From positions 49,228,001 to 49,292,000 of the forward strand of contig OX597829.1 of assembly GCA_951406725.2 (NCBI GenBank): a stretch of 64,000 nucleotides of DNA, read 5' to 3'. A model generated the notes under the pieces. The model saw only the letters and a program-made list of their open reading frames with translations. It was not told the origin of the DNA and ran no database searches. Of the stretch, positions 1 to 12,070 are shown piece by piece. This DNA comes from Octopus vulgaris (lineage: Eukaryota). Both the position numbers and the translations under genes were made by a program. Each line of letters opens with the position of its first letter. The first letter of the stretch is position 1.

Positions 1-195
1 ATGTTTGTCCCCCTAGCATTGCTTGACAACCGATGCTGGTGTGTTTACGTCCCAGTCACTTAGCGGTTCGGCAAAAGAGACCGATAGAATAAGTACTGGG
101 CTTACAAAAAGAATAAGTCCCGGGGTCGATTTGATTCGACTAAAGGCGGTGCTCCAGCATGGTCACAGTCAAATGACTGAAACAAGTAAAGAGAG
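1..195 (+). mobile_element. SINE family A, 3' half (cut by window edge)
   Basis: Matches the 3' half of full copies (e.g. 11298-11715) and ends in GACTGAAACAAGTAAAAGAG. Confidence 0.85.
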
Positions 196-627
196 GGAGT
201 AATATCCATGGTTTTACATTGGTAAATGTCTAGCTGTGAATCTTGAAGAACTATACAGATTCTAACTGTGAGGAACTCCAAAAGTATGAAAAGCTTTCCA
301 AAGATTTAGCATCTATTTCTTTACTCTGGTTATTATCAAAATTCCTGTAACGAGAGGTTATTTTTGTGTGTATATGTGTGTTAGAAACCTTTACCTTTAT
401 ATAAAAAAATTCAGTGTATATAAATATGTATCAATGTATATAAGTATGTATGTATATACTTAAATATGCACATACATATATATGTACATAAAATCCATGC
501 ACAGCAGTATACACACTACCAGCAAAATATGAAGAATCAACTTTAGAAATCTTTTATGGAAACCTCCAAATTAAAGGACAAGTCTAAATTCAACCTTTTT
601 ACACACACACACACACATATATATATA

Positions 628-1310
628 TCATCATCATTTAACGTCCGCTTTCCATGCCAGCATGGGTTGGACGGTTCAACTGGGGTCTGGGGAGCCCGAA
701 GGCTGCACCAGGCCAGTCAGATCTGGCAGTGTTTCTACAGCTGGATGCCCTTCCCCTAACGCCAACCACTCCGAGAGTGTAGTGGGTGATTTTATGTGCC
801 ACCGACACAGGTGCCAGACGAGGCTGGCGAACGGCCACGCTCGGATGGTGTTTTTTATGTGCCACCGACACAGGTGCCAGACGAGGCTGGCAGACGGCCA
901 CGCTCAGATGGTGTTTTTATGTGCCACCGACACAGGTGCCAGACGAGGCTGGCTAACGGCCACGATCGGATGGTGTTTGTTACGTGCCCACAGCACGGAG
1001 GCCAGTCGATGCGGTACTGGCTACGGCCACGTTCGGATGGTTTTCTTGTGTGCCACCGACACTGGTACCACAAAGATACAAATTCCATTGATGTTCATCT
1101 ATTTTGATTTGTTTTGATTTTCACTTGCCTCAACAGGTCTTCACAAGTGTCACAAGAAGGAAGGTATGCACAGGTGGACTGACTACGTCCCAGGTAGGGG
1201 CCACGGGTTATGGCCTGACTAGTCTTGCCGGGTCTTTGGATGGTGTTTTTTGTGCCACCGACACAGGTGCCAGATGAGGCTGGCGAACGGCCACGATTGG
1301 AAGGTGTTTG
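628..1310 (-). mobile_element. Family C: (GAT)n-tailed RTE-type LINE 3' end with ~62-63 bp internal tandem repeats
   Basis: Minus strand ends GCATGGAAAGCGGACGTTAAATGATGATGA. Repeat units start near 794, 857, 919 and 982. Confidence 0.8.
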
Positions 1311-1357
1311 TTATGATATATATATATAATCTAAAGTTACATATATTTATACAAACA

Positions 1358-1743
1358 AGGAGTGGCTGTGTGGTAAGTAGCTTGCTAACCAACCACATGG
1401 TTCTGGGTTCAGTCCCACTGCGTGGCATCTTGGGCAAGTGCCTTTGTGCTATAGCCTCGGGCCGACCAAAGCCTTGTGAGTGGATTTGGTAGACGGAAAC
1501 TGAAAGAAGCCCGTCGTATATATGTATATATATATATATATGTGTGTGTATATGTTTGTCCCTCTAGCATTGCTTGACAACCGATGCTGGTGTATTTACG
1601 TCCCCATCACTTAGCGGTTCGGCAAAAGAGACCGATAGAATAAATACTGGGCTTACAAAGAATAAGTCCCAGGGTCGAGTTGCTCGATTAAAGGTGGTGC
1701 TCCAGCATGGCAACAGTCAAATGACTGAAACAAGTAAAAGAGT
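1358..1743 (+). mobile_element. SINE family A, full length (tRNA-like head, CTTGGGCAAGT core-like motif, internal TA/TG microsatellite)
   Basis: A-box-like TGGCTGTGTGG, B-box-like GGTTCAGTCCC. About 20 related copies in the window. Confidence 0.85.
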
Positions 1744-2009
1744 ATATATATACATACATATATATACACACACACACACACACTTACGTACGTACGTACG
1801 TACATACTTACGTACGTATGTACATACATACGTACGTACGTACGTACATACATACGTACGTACGTACGTACATACATACGTACGTACGTACGTACATACA
1901 TACGTACGTACGTACGTACATACATACGTACGTACATACATACATACATACATACATACATACATACATACATACATACATACATACATACATACATACA
2001 TACATACAG

Positions 2010-2040
<31 letters not shown>

Positions 2041-2055
2041 TACAAACATACATAT
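1744..2055. repeat. Compound microsatellite (CA)n/(TACG)n/(TACA)n with a 20-bp higher-order unit
   Basis: CATACATACGTACGTACGTA repeats at about 1821-1935, followed by pure (TACA)n. Confidence 0.95.
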
Positions 2056-2687
2056 TCACATTTCATCACATTGAACTGTTAATCCCTACTCATTTCTTTT
2101 CTCTCCACGGATTTCTTCTTGCTCTTTTTCTTTCTCCAATTTTTCCTCTGAACCCTTTCTGCTGAAAAGCATAGGCTCAAAACATCAAAGACTTTTCTAT
2201 TCTTCCCGAGCATGAAACTAATACACCTGTGTTCATCTTTTGTTTTCTGTAATCTTGAACCATGTGTGTACAAACATGCATTATACATATGAATGCATTA
2301 CAATGGCATAAAACAAGGTGCATGTGATTGCTTGACGTAGTTGAAATAGCAGAAAAATCTCCCTGAAATCACAATACTGTGAATTAATAGAAGAAAGCTT
2401 TGTCTAATCCTAGAAACACTCTTGCCTGAATAAAGATAGAATTGTCACAGTTATAACACTTTTGATCAAAGTACCGCTTGACAGATCTGACCTGGAGCTA
2501 AACAGCAACTACTTTGAAACAGTCTTATAAAATTGTATTAACAAGGAGATGAATAAAACAAGAAGAGATTAAACAATGTTGGGTTTGTGATTAAATTTCA
2601 ATATACAGAAGAAAAGAAATTCTTCCACAGAAGCAAAGGAAATCCTGAAAATGATTTTGCATTTGCATTTTATGGTTTATTCTAGTC

Positions 2688-2920
2688 TTAACTCTTTTCA
2701 TACCACTTTGCTTGAGACCATTCTTGGTTCAATAACACAAATTTCCTGTTTTGAAATAATCTAAACTAAAACCTTCCATCAAAATTTCATGTTAATTTAA
2801 GTTCTAAGCTCCAATTTAAAAATGGCAATGTTATTTTAGTATAAATTCTTTGTTATTTTTGAAAATTAAACGAAACAACGGCTGCATATTTCAACAGTAA
2901 TATGATAAAGAAAGGGTTAA
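2688..2920. mobile_element. Degenerate TTAA-flanked MITE (piggyBac-type ends)
   Basis: TTAACTCTTT...AAAGGGTTAA. Interior related to 58737-58966 and to the MITE remnant starting near 57064. Confidence 0.6.
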
Positions 2921-3426
2921 CCTCAAATGGATTCCAAATATAAAAGTCTCTCTAAGCAATAAAGTTCTTAAGATTGCCCCCTTTTTTTTTTTAAAGTTCA
3001 TTCCATTAAGGAAATTAGAAAGCCACAATCAATAAACGATCACAAAAATAGATATATGCCCTGAAGAATAAGAATCAAAAAGAAAAGTGATTCCCACAAT
3101 TTGGATGATTGTCGATGCTTTGGATAACATAACTTCAGTATGCTCCAAAGAGGGAGCTTTTCATCTAAAAGAAACAGCAGCCATTCCTCTTTTAAATCAC
3201 ATTATACTCACACACAGATGTATGATCAGAGGGAATTGTTACATGGTAGCTAGACCTTATAGAAAAAGTGGTGGTATATATACGATAAATGTATATCATA
3301 AACAAAATAAATATATATAAACTGTATATAAATATTCTATACATATATAAACATACATAAACATATACACATATATATGAACATACATATACATACACAT
3401 TTACATAAACTATGTTCAACCATTAC

Positions 3427-3473
<47 letters not shown>

Positions 3474-3567
3474 AAGAAAGGGATTAAAAAATACTGACAT
3501 CAATAAAGCTGTCAGTATTAGAAGAATTTGGCTACAAATGTTCAACAATTAGACACCAGTAAATGTA

Positions 3568-3618
<51 letters not shown>

Positions 3619-3620
<2 letters not shown>

Positions 3621-3835
3621 TCTTTTTTACTCTCTTTTACTTGTTTCAGTCATTTGACTGTGGCCATGCTGGAGCACCGCCTTTAGTCGAGCAACTCGAC
3701 CCCGGAACTTATTCTTTTTGTAAGCCCAGTACTTATTCTATCGGTCTCTTTTTGCCGAACCGCTAAGTGACGGGGACGTAAACACACCAGCATCAGTTGT
3801 CAAGCAATGCTAGGGGAACAAAACCAGACACACAA

Positions 3836-3885
<50 letters not shown>

Positions 3886-4048
3886 GACAGACTTCTTTCA
3901 GTTTCCGTCTACCAAATCCACTCACAAGGCATTGGTCGGCCCGGGGCTATAGCAGAAGACACTCGCCCAAGATGCTACGCAGTGGGACTGAACCCGCAAC
4001 CATGTGGTTGGTTAGCAAGCTACTTACCACACAGCCACTCCTGCGCCT
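3619..4048 (-). mobile_element. SINE family A, full length
   Basis: Reverse complement of the 1358-1743 copy. Confidence 0.85.
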
Positions 4049-4189
4049 ATATATATATTTATGTTAATGCAATAGAAACAATTGTAGGCTTTATAAGGCA
4101 AAATCCATAATAAAGATGTAATTTTCTCTACACATATTTTTCGTTGTTTTATAAATATATAAATATAAAGATATATATAAGAAACTGCT

Positions 4190-4695
4190 TGTGAAGACCT
4201 ATTGAGGCAAGTGAAATAGAAATCAAATTTGATGATTGGCATTTGTGCTAGTGGAGCGCTAAGAGTACCATCCGAGCATGATCGTTGCCAGAGCAACAAA
4301 CTGGCTACAGTGCCAGTGGCATGTAAAAAGCACCATTCAAGTCTGATCGTTACCTGCATAGCCTTACTGGCACTTGTGCTGGAGGCACGTGAAAAACATT
4401 CGAGTGAGGTCGTTGCCAGTGTCGCTGGACTGGCCCCTGTGCAAGTGGCACATAAAAAGCACCTTTTGAGTGTGGCCGTTGCCAGTACTGCCTGACTGGC
4501 TCTTGTGCCACTGGCACGTAAAAGCACCCACTACACTCTCGGAGTGCTTGGTGTTAGGAAGGGCATCCAGCTGTAGAAACTCTGCCAGATCAAGATTGGA
4601 GCCTGGTGCAGCCATCTGGTTCGCCAAACCTCAGTCAAATCATCCAACCCATGCTAGCATGGAAAGCGGACGTTAAACGATGATGTTGATGATGA
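4190..4695 (+). mobile_element. Family C RTE-type LINE 3' end
   Basis: GTGGCACGTAAAAGCAC-type repeats, TTAGGAAGGGCATCCAGCTGTAGAAAC motif and a GAT tail. Confidence 0.8.
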
Positions 4696-4739
4696 TATAA
4701 GAAATAGTGCTTTATTTGGCTAGAAAGTGATACTTAGAT

Positions 4740-4985
4740 GTCTTGCAAACAACATGCACATGCAAGTGCTGCCAGTCAAAAGCTCCGTATACCGGAAGCC
4801 AGCAATTGTATGAGGTCATCAGGAGAGAATGCACGCCGTTTCGGGGCCTACCTCTCGACGGCATCAATGTGCACCGGCCCACCCCCTCACTGATATGAGG
4901 CCCTGCTTGCTAGATCAGCTGGTTATCAAATTAAGCTCAATATCCTTCTAGTCATCGCTCATTTCAATGATATTTTGACCTCATG
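4740..4985 (-). mobile_element. 3' UTR fragment of the HERO-like RLE LINE
   Basis: Aligns by eye with 63391-63630, the 3' UTR of the RLE-encoding fragment. Confidence 0.65.
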
Positions 4986-4999
4986 AGCACCGCCAGCAA

Positions 5000-5181
5000 T
5001 TTTTTTTCCTCTGTCTTCCCTTCTCGAGATCTTTCCTTCTCCTATGTTTCCGACGAAGAGCTCCGCTCGAAACGTCAAACCCTCCTTCTTCCCTTCTTTC
5101 CTGAGCATCCAATAATACTTTATTTGTTCCACGTTCTCGCGTTGTTGTGTTTTTGTTTTTTTTGTGTTTTCTTGTTTGGAT

Positions 5182-5186
<5 letters not shown>
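5000..5186 (+). mobile_element. Short Penelope-like terminal-repeat remnant with a mutated hammerhead (5046-5080)
   Basis: gttt-CCGACGA-a-gagc-tcc-gctc-GAAACGTC-aaac (U4C relative to canonical). Abuts (TA)n. Same family as 41255-41435 and 48220-48405. Confidence 0.65.
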
Positions 5187-5221
<35 letters not shown>

Positions 5222-5301
5222 CACACACACATATGTATGTGTGTATGTATATACATCTCTGTATATATATATATATGTCTATATGTATATATATGTGTGT
5301 G

Positions 5302-5350
<49 letters not shown>

Positions 5351-5625
5351 ATGTGGTTGCTGTTTATATGATGAAAAGAAAGCTGGCAAGTTAAAAAATT
5401 CGACCTTTAACTGTCTTCTTACATTTCATTTCCACTAAATATATCTATTTCCATACCTTTAAGCTTTATTCTCATTCATCTATTGCACTAGATTTCTCCA
5501 CTCTTGGTTTTCTGCTAATTTCTTTCTTTCTCTAAATTGCATTTGACATTAAATCTATTAAGGTTTTTTTTTCCTAAAAAATAACTTGCCAGAATTCCCT
5601 TCATCATATATGCTGTCATCACATT

Positions 5626-5828
5626 TACTCTTTTACTTGTTTCAGTCATTTGACTGCGGCCATGCTGGAGCACCGCCTTTAGTCGAGCAAATCGACCCCG
5701 GGACTTATTCTTTGTAAGCCCAGTACTTATTCTATCGGTCTCTTTTGCCGAACCGCTAAGTGACGGGGACGTAAACACACCAGCATCGGTTGTCAAGCAA
5801 TGCTAGGGGAAAAAAAACAGACACACAA

Positions 5829-5869
<41 letters not shown>

Positions 5870-6017
5870 CGACAGACTTCTTTCAGTTTCCGTCTACCAA
5901 ATCCACTCACAAGGCATTGGTCGGACCGGGGCTATAGCAGAAGACACTTGCCCAAGATGCCACGCAGTGGGACTGAACCTGCAACCATGTGGTTGGTTAG
6001 CAAGCTACTTACCACAC
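5626..6017 (-). mobile_element. SINE family A
   Basis: Similarity to other family A copies. Confidence 0.85.
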
Positions 6018-6068
6018 ATCCTCTCCATTTGCTTAAAATGGCTTATTGATGTGTTTTGTTTCTCTTTT

Positions 6069-6155
6069 CTCCCTGATGAGAAGATCGCAATGTTTTACAT
6101 CATTTTATTCTCTCTGAAATAATACCAATGTTTTCTTTGAAACATATGTCGGAAG
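6069..6155 (+). ncRNA. Candidate type-I hammerhead motif with a long stem II region
   Basis: ctcc-CTGATGA(6073)...GAAAC-ATAT-GTC(6150)-ggaag. Palindromic stem III and GUC triplet; stems I and II are imperfect. Confidence 0.45.
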
Positions 6156-6460
6156 TAGAAAGATTTGAATAACATCTGCATTTAACTCCATTTCTTTATT
6201 TATCTGTTATGCAAAAACATTTCACTAAACCCTGGAATTTTTAGCTTTATAAGTAGGCTGTAACATCCTTGGTGCTTACTTGAATTTTTTGCTACCCTGG
6301 TAACTATTTATTTATATTTTTTTCGTGTTATTTGTAAACATTGAAAAAATAACATACATTAATATCATATATATATATATATATATAATACAAAAATGGG
6401 ACAAAAACGCAAAACATCCATACAGTTCACTCTATATATGTGTGTGTGTATATATATAAA

Positions 6461-6660
6461 TCATCATCATCATTGTTCGACCGTGGTCAAGACAATGGAA
6501 TTTACTATGTTGCACCAGACTTCACGGTCCATCATAGCATTACGGAGGTCCTGTTGCTGGATGCCTGTATCCCTGGAGATTACATCAGGGTAGGAGAGTG
6601 TGCACCCTCTGGTGTTGCGAGTAGATGGCTTCCAGAGGAGAAGAGTAGAAATTACTTCTT
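6461..6660 (-). mobile_element. RTE-clade LINE 3' end (ORF C-terminus plus GAT tail)
   Basis: Translates LLLWKPSTRNTRGCTLSYPDVISRDTGIQQQDLRNAMMDREVW, resembling the RTE C-terminal DR..W pattern, then (GAT)n. Confidence 0.7.
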
Positions 6661-6886
6661 TTTCATATATGCATATACACACACATACACAGATATATAT
6701 ACACACTCACACACACGCACACACAAAACAGGCTCCTTTCAGTTTCTGTCTACCAAATCTGTTCACAAGGCTTCGGCTGGCCTGTGACCATAGTGGACGA
6801 CATTTGTTCAATGTGCCATATGGCATGACTGAATTCAGAATCATGTGACTGGGAAACAAACTTATTACCATATACCGACACCTGCA

Positions 6887-6933
<47 letters not shown>

Positions 6934-6983
6934 TAAAACAGGAAAATATGCACACTTACATAGTTTTAATGTAATTTTTAATA

Positions 6984-7017
6984 TATCGACAGGTTTCGCT
7001 ATTGCTATTCATGATAT
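6984..7017 (-). ncRNA. Candidate minimal hammerhead variant with A3-U8 core
   Basis: atatc-ATGAATA-gc-aata-gc-GAAAC-CT-GTC-gatat. 5-bp stem I, GUC site, weak 2-bp stem II. Confidence 0.4.
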
Positions 7018-8142
7018 TATGTTTTACTTATTTGAATATGTATTTTTTCTCAAAGGGATACAGAGTCTGGAACATCTTCAAATTGTTTCTCTTGATTTTT
7101 CCGGCTGTGTAATTAACTGGAAAAATTGAGAGAAAAAATTTGAAGATGTATCCACCTCCGCATTCTTTGTAATTGTTTTGAATTTACACTCCTGAAAATA
7201 TTCATAATCCAGTGAAGCGAACCAAGTATTTACCTATCAAAAGAACTAAGGTAGGATTACCCACCCTGTGCAATCCTAGGTGTCAGCCTGAACCTGGGAA
7301 TCATGTTTCTTTTTGACTGTTGTGCTTCAGGGTATGTATCTATTTTTGTGATCATCTATTGATTGTGTCTTCCTAATTTCCTTAATGGAATAACTTGAGA
7401 AAAAAACAAAAAACTTAACAACATTATTACTTAGAGAGACTTTTGTATCTGGAATTCTTTTGAGGTTAACTCATTTGTTATCATATTTCTGTTGAAATAT
7501 GCAACCTTTGCATTGATTAATTTTCAAAAATAACAAAGAATTTACTAAAATAACATTGCCATTTTTAAAATGGAGCTTAGAAATTAAATTAACATTATTT
7601 TAAGCCAGGAAATTTGTGTTATAGAACTAAGAATGGTCTCAAGCAAATGTATATACATACTCACATACATACACACACACGTGTGTGTATGTGTGTGTGT
7701 GTATTCTTTCACTTGTTTCAGTCATTTGACTGTGGCCAGGATGGAGCACTGCCTTGAAGGGGTTTTTAGTCAAACAAATCAGACGCAGAGCTTATTTTCT
7801 TTAAAGCCTAGTACTTATATTGGTCTCTTTTGCCAAACTGCTAGGTTGTAGAGATATAAATACACCGACAATAGTTGTCAATCAGTGATTAGGCAACAGA
7901 TACAGACATAAAGGCACACACACACACGTTTCTGCCTACCAATTCCACTCAGGAGGCTTTGGTTAGCCCAAGCCTACAGTAGAAGACACTTGCCCACGAT
8001 GCCATGCAGTGGGATTTAACCCGGAACCATGTTGTAGGGAAGCAAGTTTCTTACCACACAGCCATGCCTGTATGTATATATGTATGTACAAACATACACA
8101 GAAATGAGGGGGTTATGAAAAGTCTTGAGGGGGGTATGAAAA

Positions 8143-8372
8143 GGCGGCGAGCTGGCAGAATGGTTAGCGCGCCTGGCGATATGCTTAATGGTATTTCGTC
8201 TGCGTTACGTTGTGAGTTCAAATTCCGCCGAGGTCGACTTTGCCTTTCATCCTTTCGGGTTCGATAAATTAAGTACCAGTTACGCACTGGGGTCGATGTA
8301 ATTGACTTAATACCTATGTCTGTCCTTGTTTGTCTGCTATGTGTTTAGCCCCTTGTGGGTGGTAAAGAAATA
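8143..8372 (+). mobile_element. SINE family B (Meta-domain-like)
   Basis: Central GCCTTTCATCCTTTCGGGxTCGATAAATTAAGTACCAG. TSD GGTATGAAAAG at 8133-8143 and 8373-8383. Confidence 0.8.
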
Positions 8373-8572
8373 GGTATGAAAAGTCTTGAGACTCAAAGAA
8401 AAAAAAACATGGTACAAGATTTCTGATGAAGGTTCATGACTTCAAGACACAAAATTTGAAAGCTCAAGGACTTGAAAGCTCAATACTTTTCATATACCCC
8501 TCGTACATATGTTTGCATATAATGGCATAAAACAAGGAAACTTGCCTTATACAGTATTATATAATATAACGA

Positions 8573-8805
8573 AGGCGGCGAGCTGGCAGAAACGTTAGCA
8601 CGCCGGGCGAAATGCTTTGCGGTATTTCGTCTGCCGTTACGTTGTGAGTTCAAATTCCGCCGAGGTCGACTTTGCCTTTCATCCTTTCGGGGTCGATAAA
8701 TTAAGTACCAGTAACACACTGGGGTCGATGGAATCGACTTCATACCTATGTCTGTCCTTGTTTGTCCCCTCTATGTTTAGCCCCTTGTGGGTAATAAAGA
8801 AATGG
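8573..8805 (+). mobile_element. SINE family B (Meta-domain-like)
   Basis: Same central domain. TSD GTATTATATAATAT at 8554-8567 and 8806-8819. Confidence 0.8.
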
Positions 8806-9134
8806 GTATTATATAATATTTATATTCAGCTGATGCATTTTTTATATTTTACTTTCAATCACAGAACTGAGACCAAGAACACTGTGTTGTGTCTTCTTCA
8901 GTGAAATGCGAATTGCTCCCTGGACTGCATCCAAAAAATGACACAATTATCCGCTTGAATAATAAATCCATTCTTACTAAAAGGGTTTTTATTTTTTTAT
9001 TTTTTTTTATTTATTTTTTTTGTCTTTTCCTTTCAATGTCCGGCCTATCATTGTGCGATAAATGTTCTTTGAGTAACAAGGGATTAGAATATTCGATAAA
9101 GCGTGTAGCATTAAAAACACCAAATCTAAGCTCT

Positions 9135-9336
9135 ATGTGTGTGTGTGTGTGTGCGTGCGCGCGCACGTGTGAGTGTGTGTGTGCATGTGCGTGTGTGTAT
9201 GTGAGTGAGTTTGTGTGTGTGAGAGAGAGCGTGTGTGAGTGAGTGTGCGTGTGTGTGTGCGTGTGTGAGTGGGCGTGTGTGTGTGAGTGGGCGTGTGTGT
9301 GTGAGTGAGTTTGTGTGTGTGAGAGAGCATGTGTGT

Positions 9337-9367
<31 letters not shown>

Positions 9368-9413
9368 AGTGTGTGTGTGTGAGTGAGTGAGTGTGTGTGT
9401 GTGTGTGTGTGTG
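9135..9413. repeat. Imperfect (GT)n microsatellite
   Basis: Direct reading. Confidence 0.95.
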
Positions 9414-9719
9414 AAGTGATCTGGCAGAGTAATCAGAGCACTGAATAAGTTGGTCAGTGGTATTTGTCATGCATCTTTGATCTCTACATTCAAATCCCAC
9501 TGACGTCAGTCTTGCCTTTTATTCTTCAAGGGTCATTATCCTTTCTCCCATCCTCCCCCTCCTCCTCATCATCATCATCGTTTTAACGTTCACTTTTCCA
9601 CGATTAGTAAAGGTAAAGATTCCTTTTCAAATCATGCCAACTCATAAAGGCTGGTTTCCCGATTTCCATGGCATATGTATTCTCCACTTGGATGGGGAAG
9701 TGAGATCAAACCGAATGAG

Positions 9720-10190
9720 ACCATAATCATGGTCGATACCAGTGTTACAAAACTGGCACTGCACTGGTGGCGTATATATAGATATATATGCCAGGACCCC
9801 TGGACTGGTGGTACGTAAAAAGCACTATCCGAATCGTGGCCGATGCCAGCGCCGCCTCGACTGGCTTCCATGCCGGTGGCACATAAAAAGCACCATCCGA
9901 ATCGTGGCCAAAGCCAGTGCCACCTCGACTGGCTTGCGTGCCGGTGGCACGTAAAATGCACCAATCCGACCGTGACCGTTGCCAGCCTCGCCTGGCACCT
10001 GTGCGGGTGGCACGTAAAAAGCATCCACTACACTCACAGAGTGGTTGGCGTTAGGAAGGGCATCCAGCTGTAGAAACATTGCCAGATAAGACTGGAGCCT
10101 GGTGCAACCTTCTGGCTTCCCAGATCCCCGGTCGAACCGTCCAGCCCATGCTAGCATGGAGAACGGACGTTAAACGATGATGATGATGAT
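9720..10190 (+). mobile_element. Family C RTE-type LINE 3' end
   Basis: Internal repeats and a GAT tail. Confidence 0.8.
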
Positions 10191-10721
10191 ATACACGACG
10201 GGCTTCTTTCAGTTTCTGTCAACCAAATCCACTCACTCTTGGAATGTTTGGCATTGGGAAAGGCATCCAACTGTAGAGACCATGTCAAATTAGATTGGAA
10301 CCTGATGCTGCTCCCCAGATCTCAGCCAAACAGTCCAACCCAAGCAAGCATGGAAAATGGATGCTAAATAATGACAATGGTGATGATGGATGGGATACCG
10401 GTCTGTCACAATATTACCAATTTTTGCCAACAGAGTGAACTGGAGCAGCATGAAATTAAGTATTTTGCTCAAGGACACAACACATCGTCCAATCAAGGGA
10501 TTGAAACCACAATCTTATGATCATGAGTCCTACACCCTAACCACTAACCCACATGCCTTCACACTTTTCCATGACCACATATATCAGATGGAATCTTATC
10601 AAAGCAAACTTTTCTATGGCCGGATGCTCTTCCTATTGCCATGTGGAAATTGATGATTTAAAGTTTGTTATCAGCATATTGGCATAGAAATAATTTTTCT
10701 TTTGCTCTTGTTTACAAGTTG

Positions 10722-10759
<38 letters not shown>

Positions 10760-10762
<3 letters not shown>

Positions 10763-11027
10763 TCATCCTCATTATTTAACGTCCGTTTTCCATGCTAGCA
10801 TGGGTTGGACGGTTCGACCGGGCTCTGGTAAGCCATGAAGGCTGCACCAGGCTCCAGTTTGATTTGGCAGTGTTTCTATAGCTGGATGCCCTTCCTAACG
10901 CCAACCACTTTGTGAGTGTAGTGGGTGCTTTTTACGTGCCACCTGCACAGGTGCCAGAGCAGGCTGGCAAATGGCCATGATTGGTTGGTGCTTTTACGTG
11001 TCATTGACATGGATGCCGGTCAGGCGG

Positions 11028-11030
<3 letters not shown>
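10760..11030 (-). mobile_element. Family C RTE-type LINE 3' end
   Basis: Similarity to other family C copies. Confidence 0.75.
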
Positions 11031-11061
<31 letters not shown>

Positions 11062-11297
11062 GATGGGCTTCTTTTCAGTTTCCATCTATCAAATCCACTC
11101 ACAAGGCTTTGGTTGGCCCAAGGCTATAGTAGAAAACACTTGCTCAAGGTGATATGCAGAGGGAGTGAACCTGGAACCATGTGGTTGGGAAGCAAGCTTC
11201 TTACTACACAATCATTCCTGTATATACATACATATATATATGGGCAAATCGAAAATTTAAAATAACAAAAGTCAAAAGAACATTTTCAAGATAGAAA

Positions 11298-11715
11298 TGA
11301 GTGGCTGTGTGATAAGTAGCTTGCTAACCAACCACATGGTTCCAGGTTCAGTCCCACTGCGTGGCATCTTGGGTAAGTGTCTTCTACTATAGCCTCGGGC
11401 CGACCAAAGCCTTGTGAGTGGATTTGGTAGATGGAAACTGAAAGAAGCCTGTCGTATATATGTATATATATATATGTATGTGTGTGTGTGTGTGTTTGTG
11501 TGTCTGTGTTTGTCCCCCTAGCATTGCTTGACAACCGATGCTGGTGTGTTTATGTCCCTGTTACTTAGCGGTTCAGCAAAAGAGCCCGATAGAATAAGTA
11601 CTGGGCTTACAAAAAGAATAAGTCCCGGGGTCGAGTTGCTCGATTAAAGGCGGTGCTCCAGCATGGCCGCAGTCAAATGACTGAAACAAGTAAAAGAGAG
11701 TAAAAAGAGTAAGAG
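11298..11715 (+). mobile_element. SINE family A, full length
   Basis: Complete head to tail with an AAAAGAGT-repeat tail. Confidence 0.85.
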
Positions 11716-12015
11716 TGGATATATAACATTTTGAGCATGGCTCTTGTATATATGCAGGAAATGCAGTACCATATAATCTCTATTAGAAAAATCCTGCAGT
11801 GACATTATGAAAAAAAATCATTCAACTTTACTTATTTCAATTATTTCAGCATGACTAAATTGCCTTAAAGTGAATGAAACCAGTAGCTACATGCTTAATT
11901 AAAAACGTAAACACTCTCTTGTTCTTTTCCCCCATGATAAGTTTATCAAAACATTTTCTCCATTTTATTCCCCTCTCTTCCTTTCTCTCTCTCTCTCTGA
12001 TGATGATGATGATGA

Positions 12016-12070
<55 letters not shown>

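Noticed and set aside
790-1075. Repeat-spacer look resembling a CRISPR array
   Set aside because: The 'spacers' are homologous to each other, the context is a eukaryotic LINE 3' UTR, and there are no cas genes.
4810-4850. GAAAC...CTGATGA on the minus strand as a type-II hammerhead
   Set aside because: No stem I pairing and G at the cleavage position. It lies in the HERO-like LINE 3' UTR.
2995-7400. Inverted similarity between about 2995-3100 and 7297-7400 as the TIRs of a large transposon
   Set aside because: Diverged, no TSD or transposase between them. More simply two copies of an old dispersed repeat.
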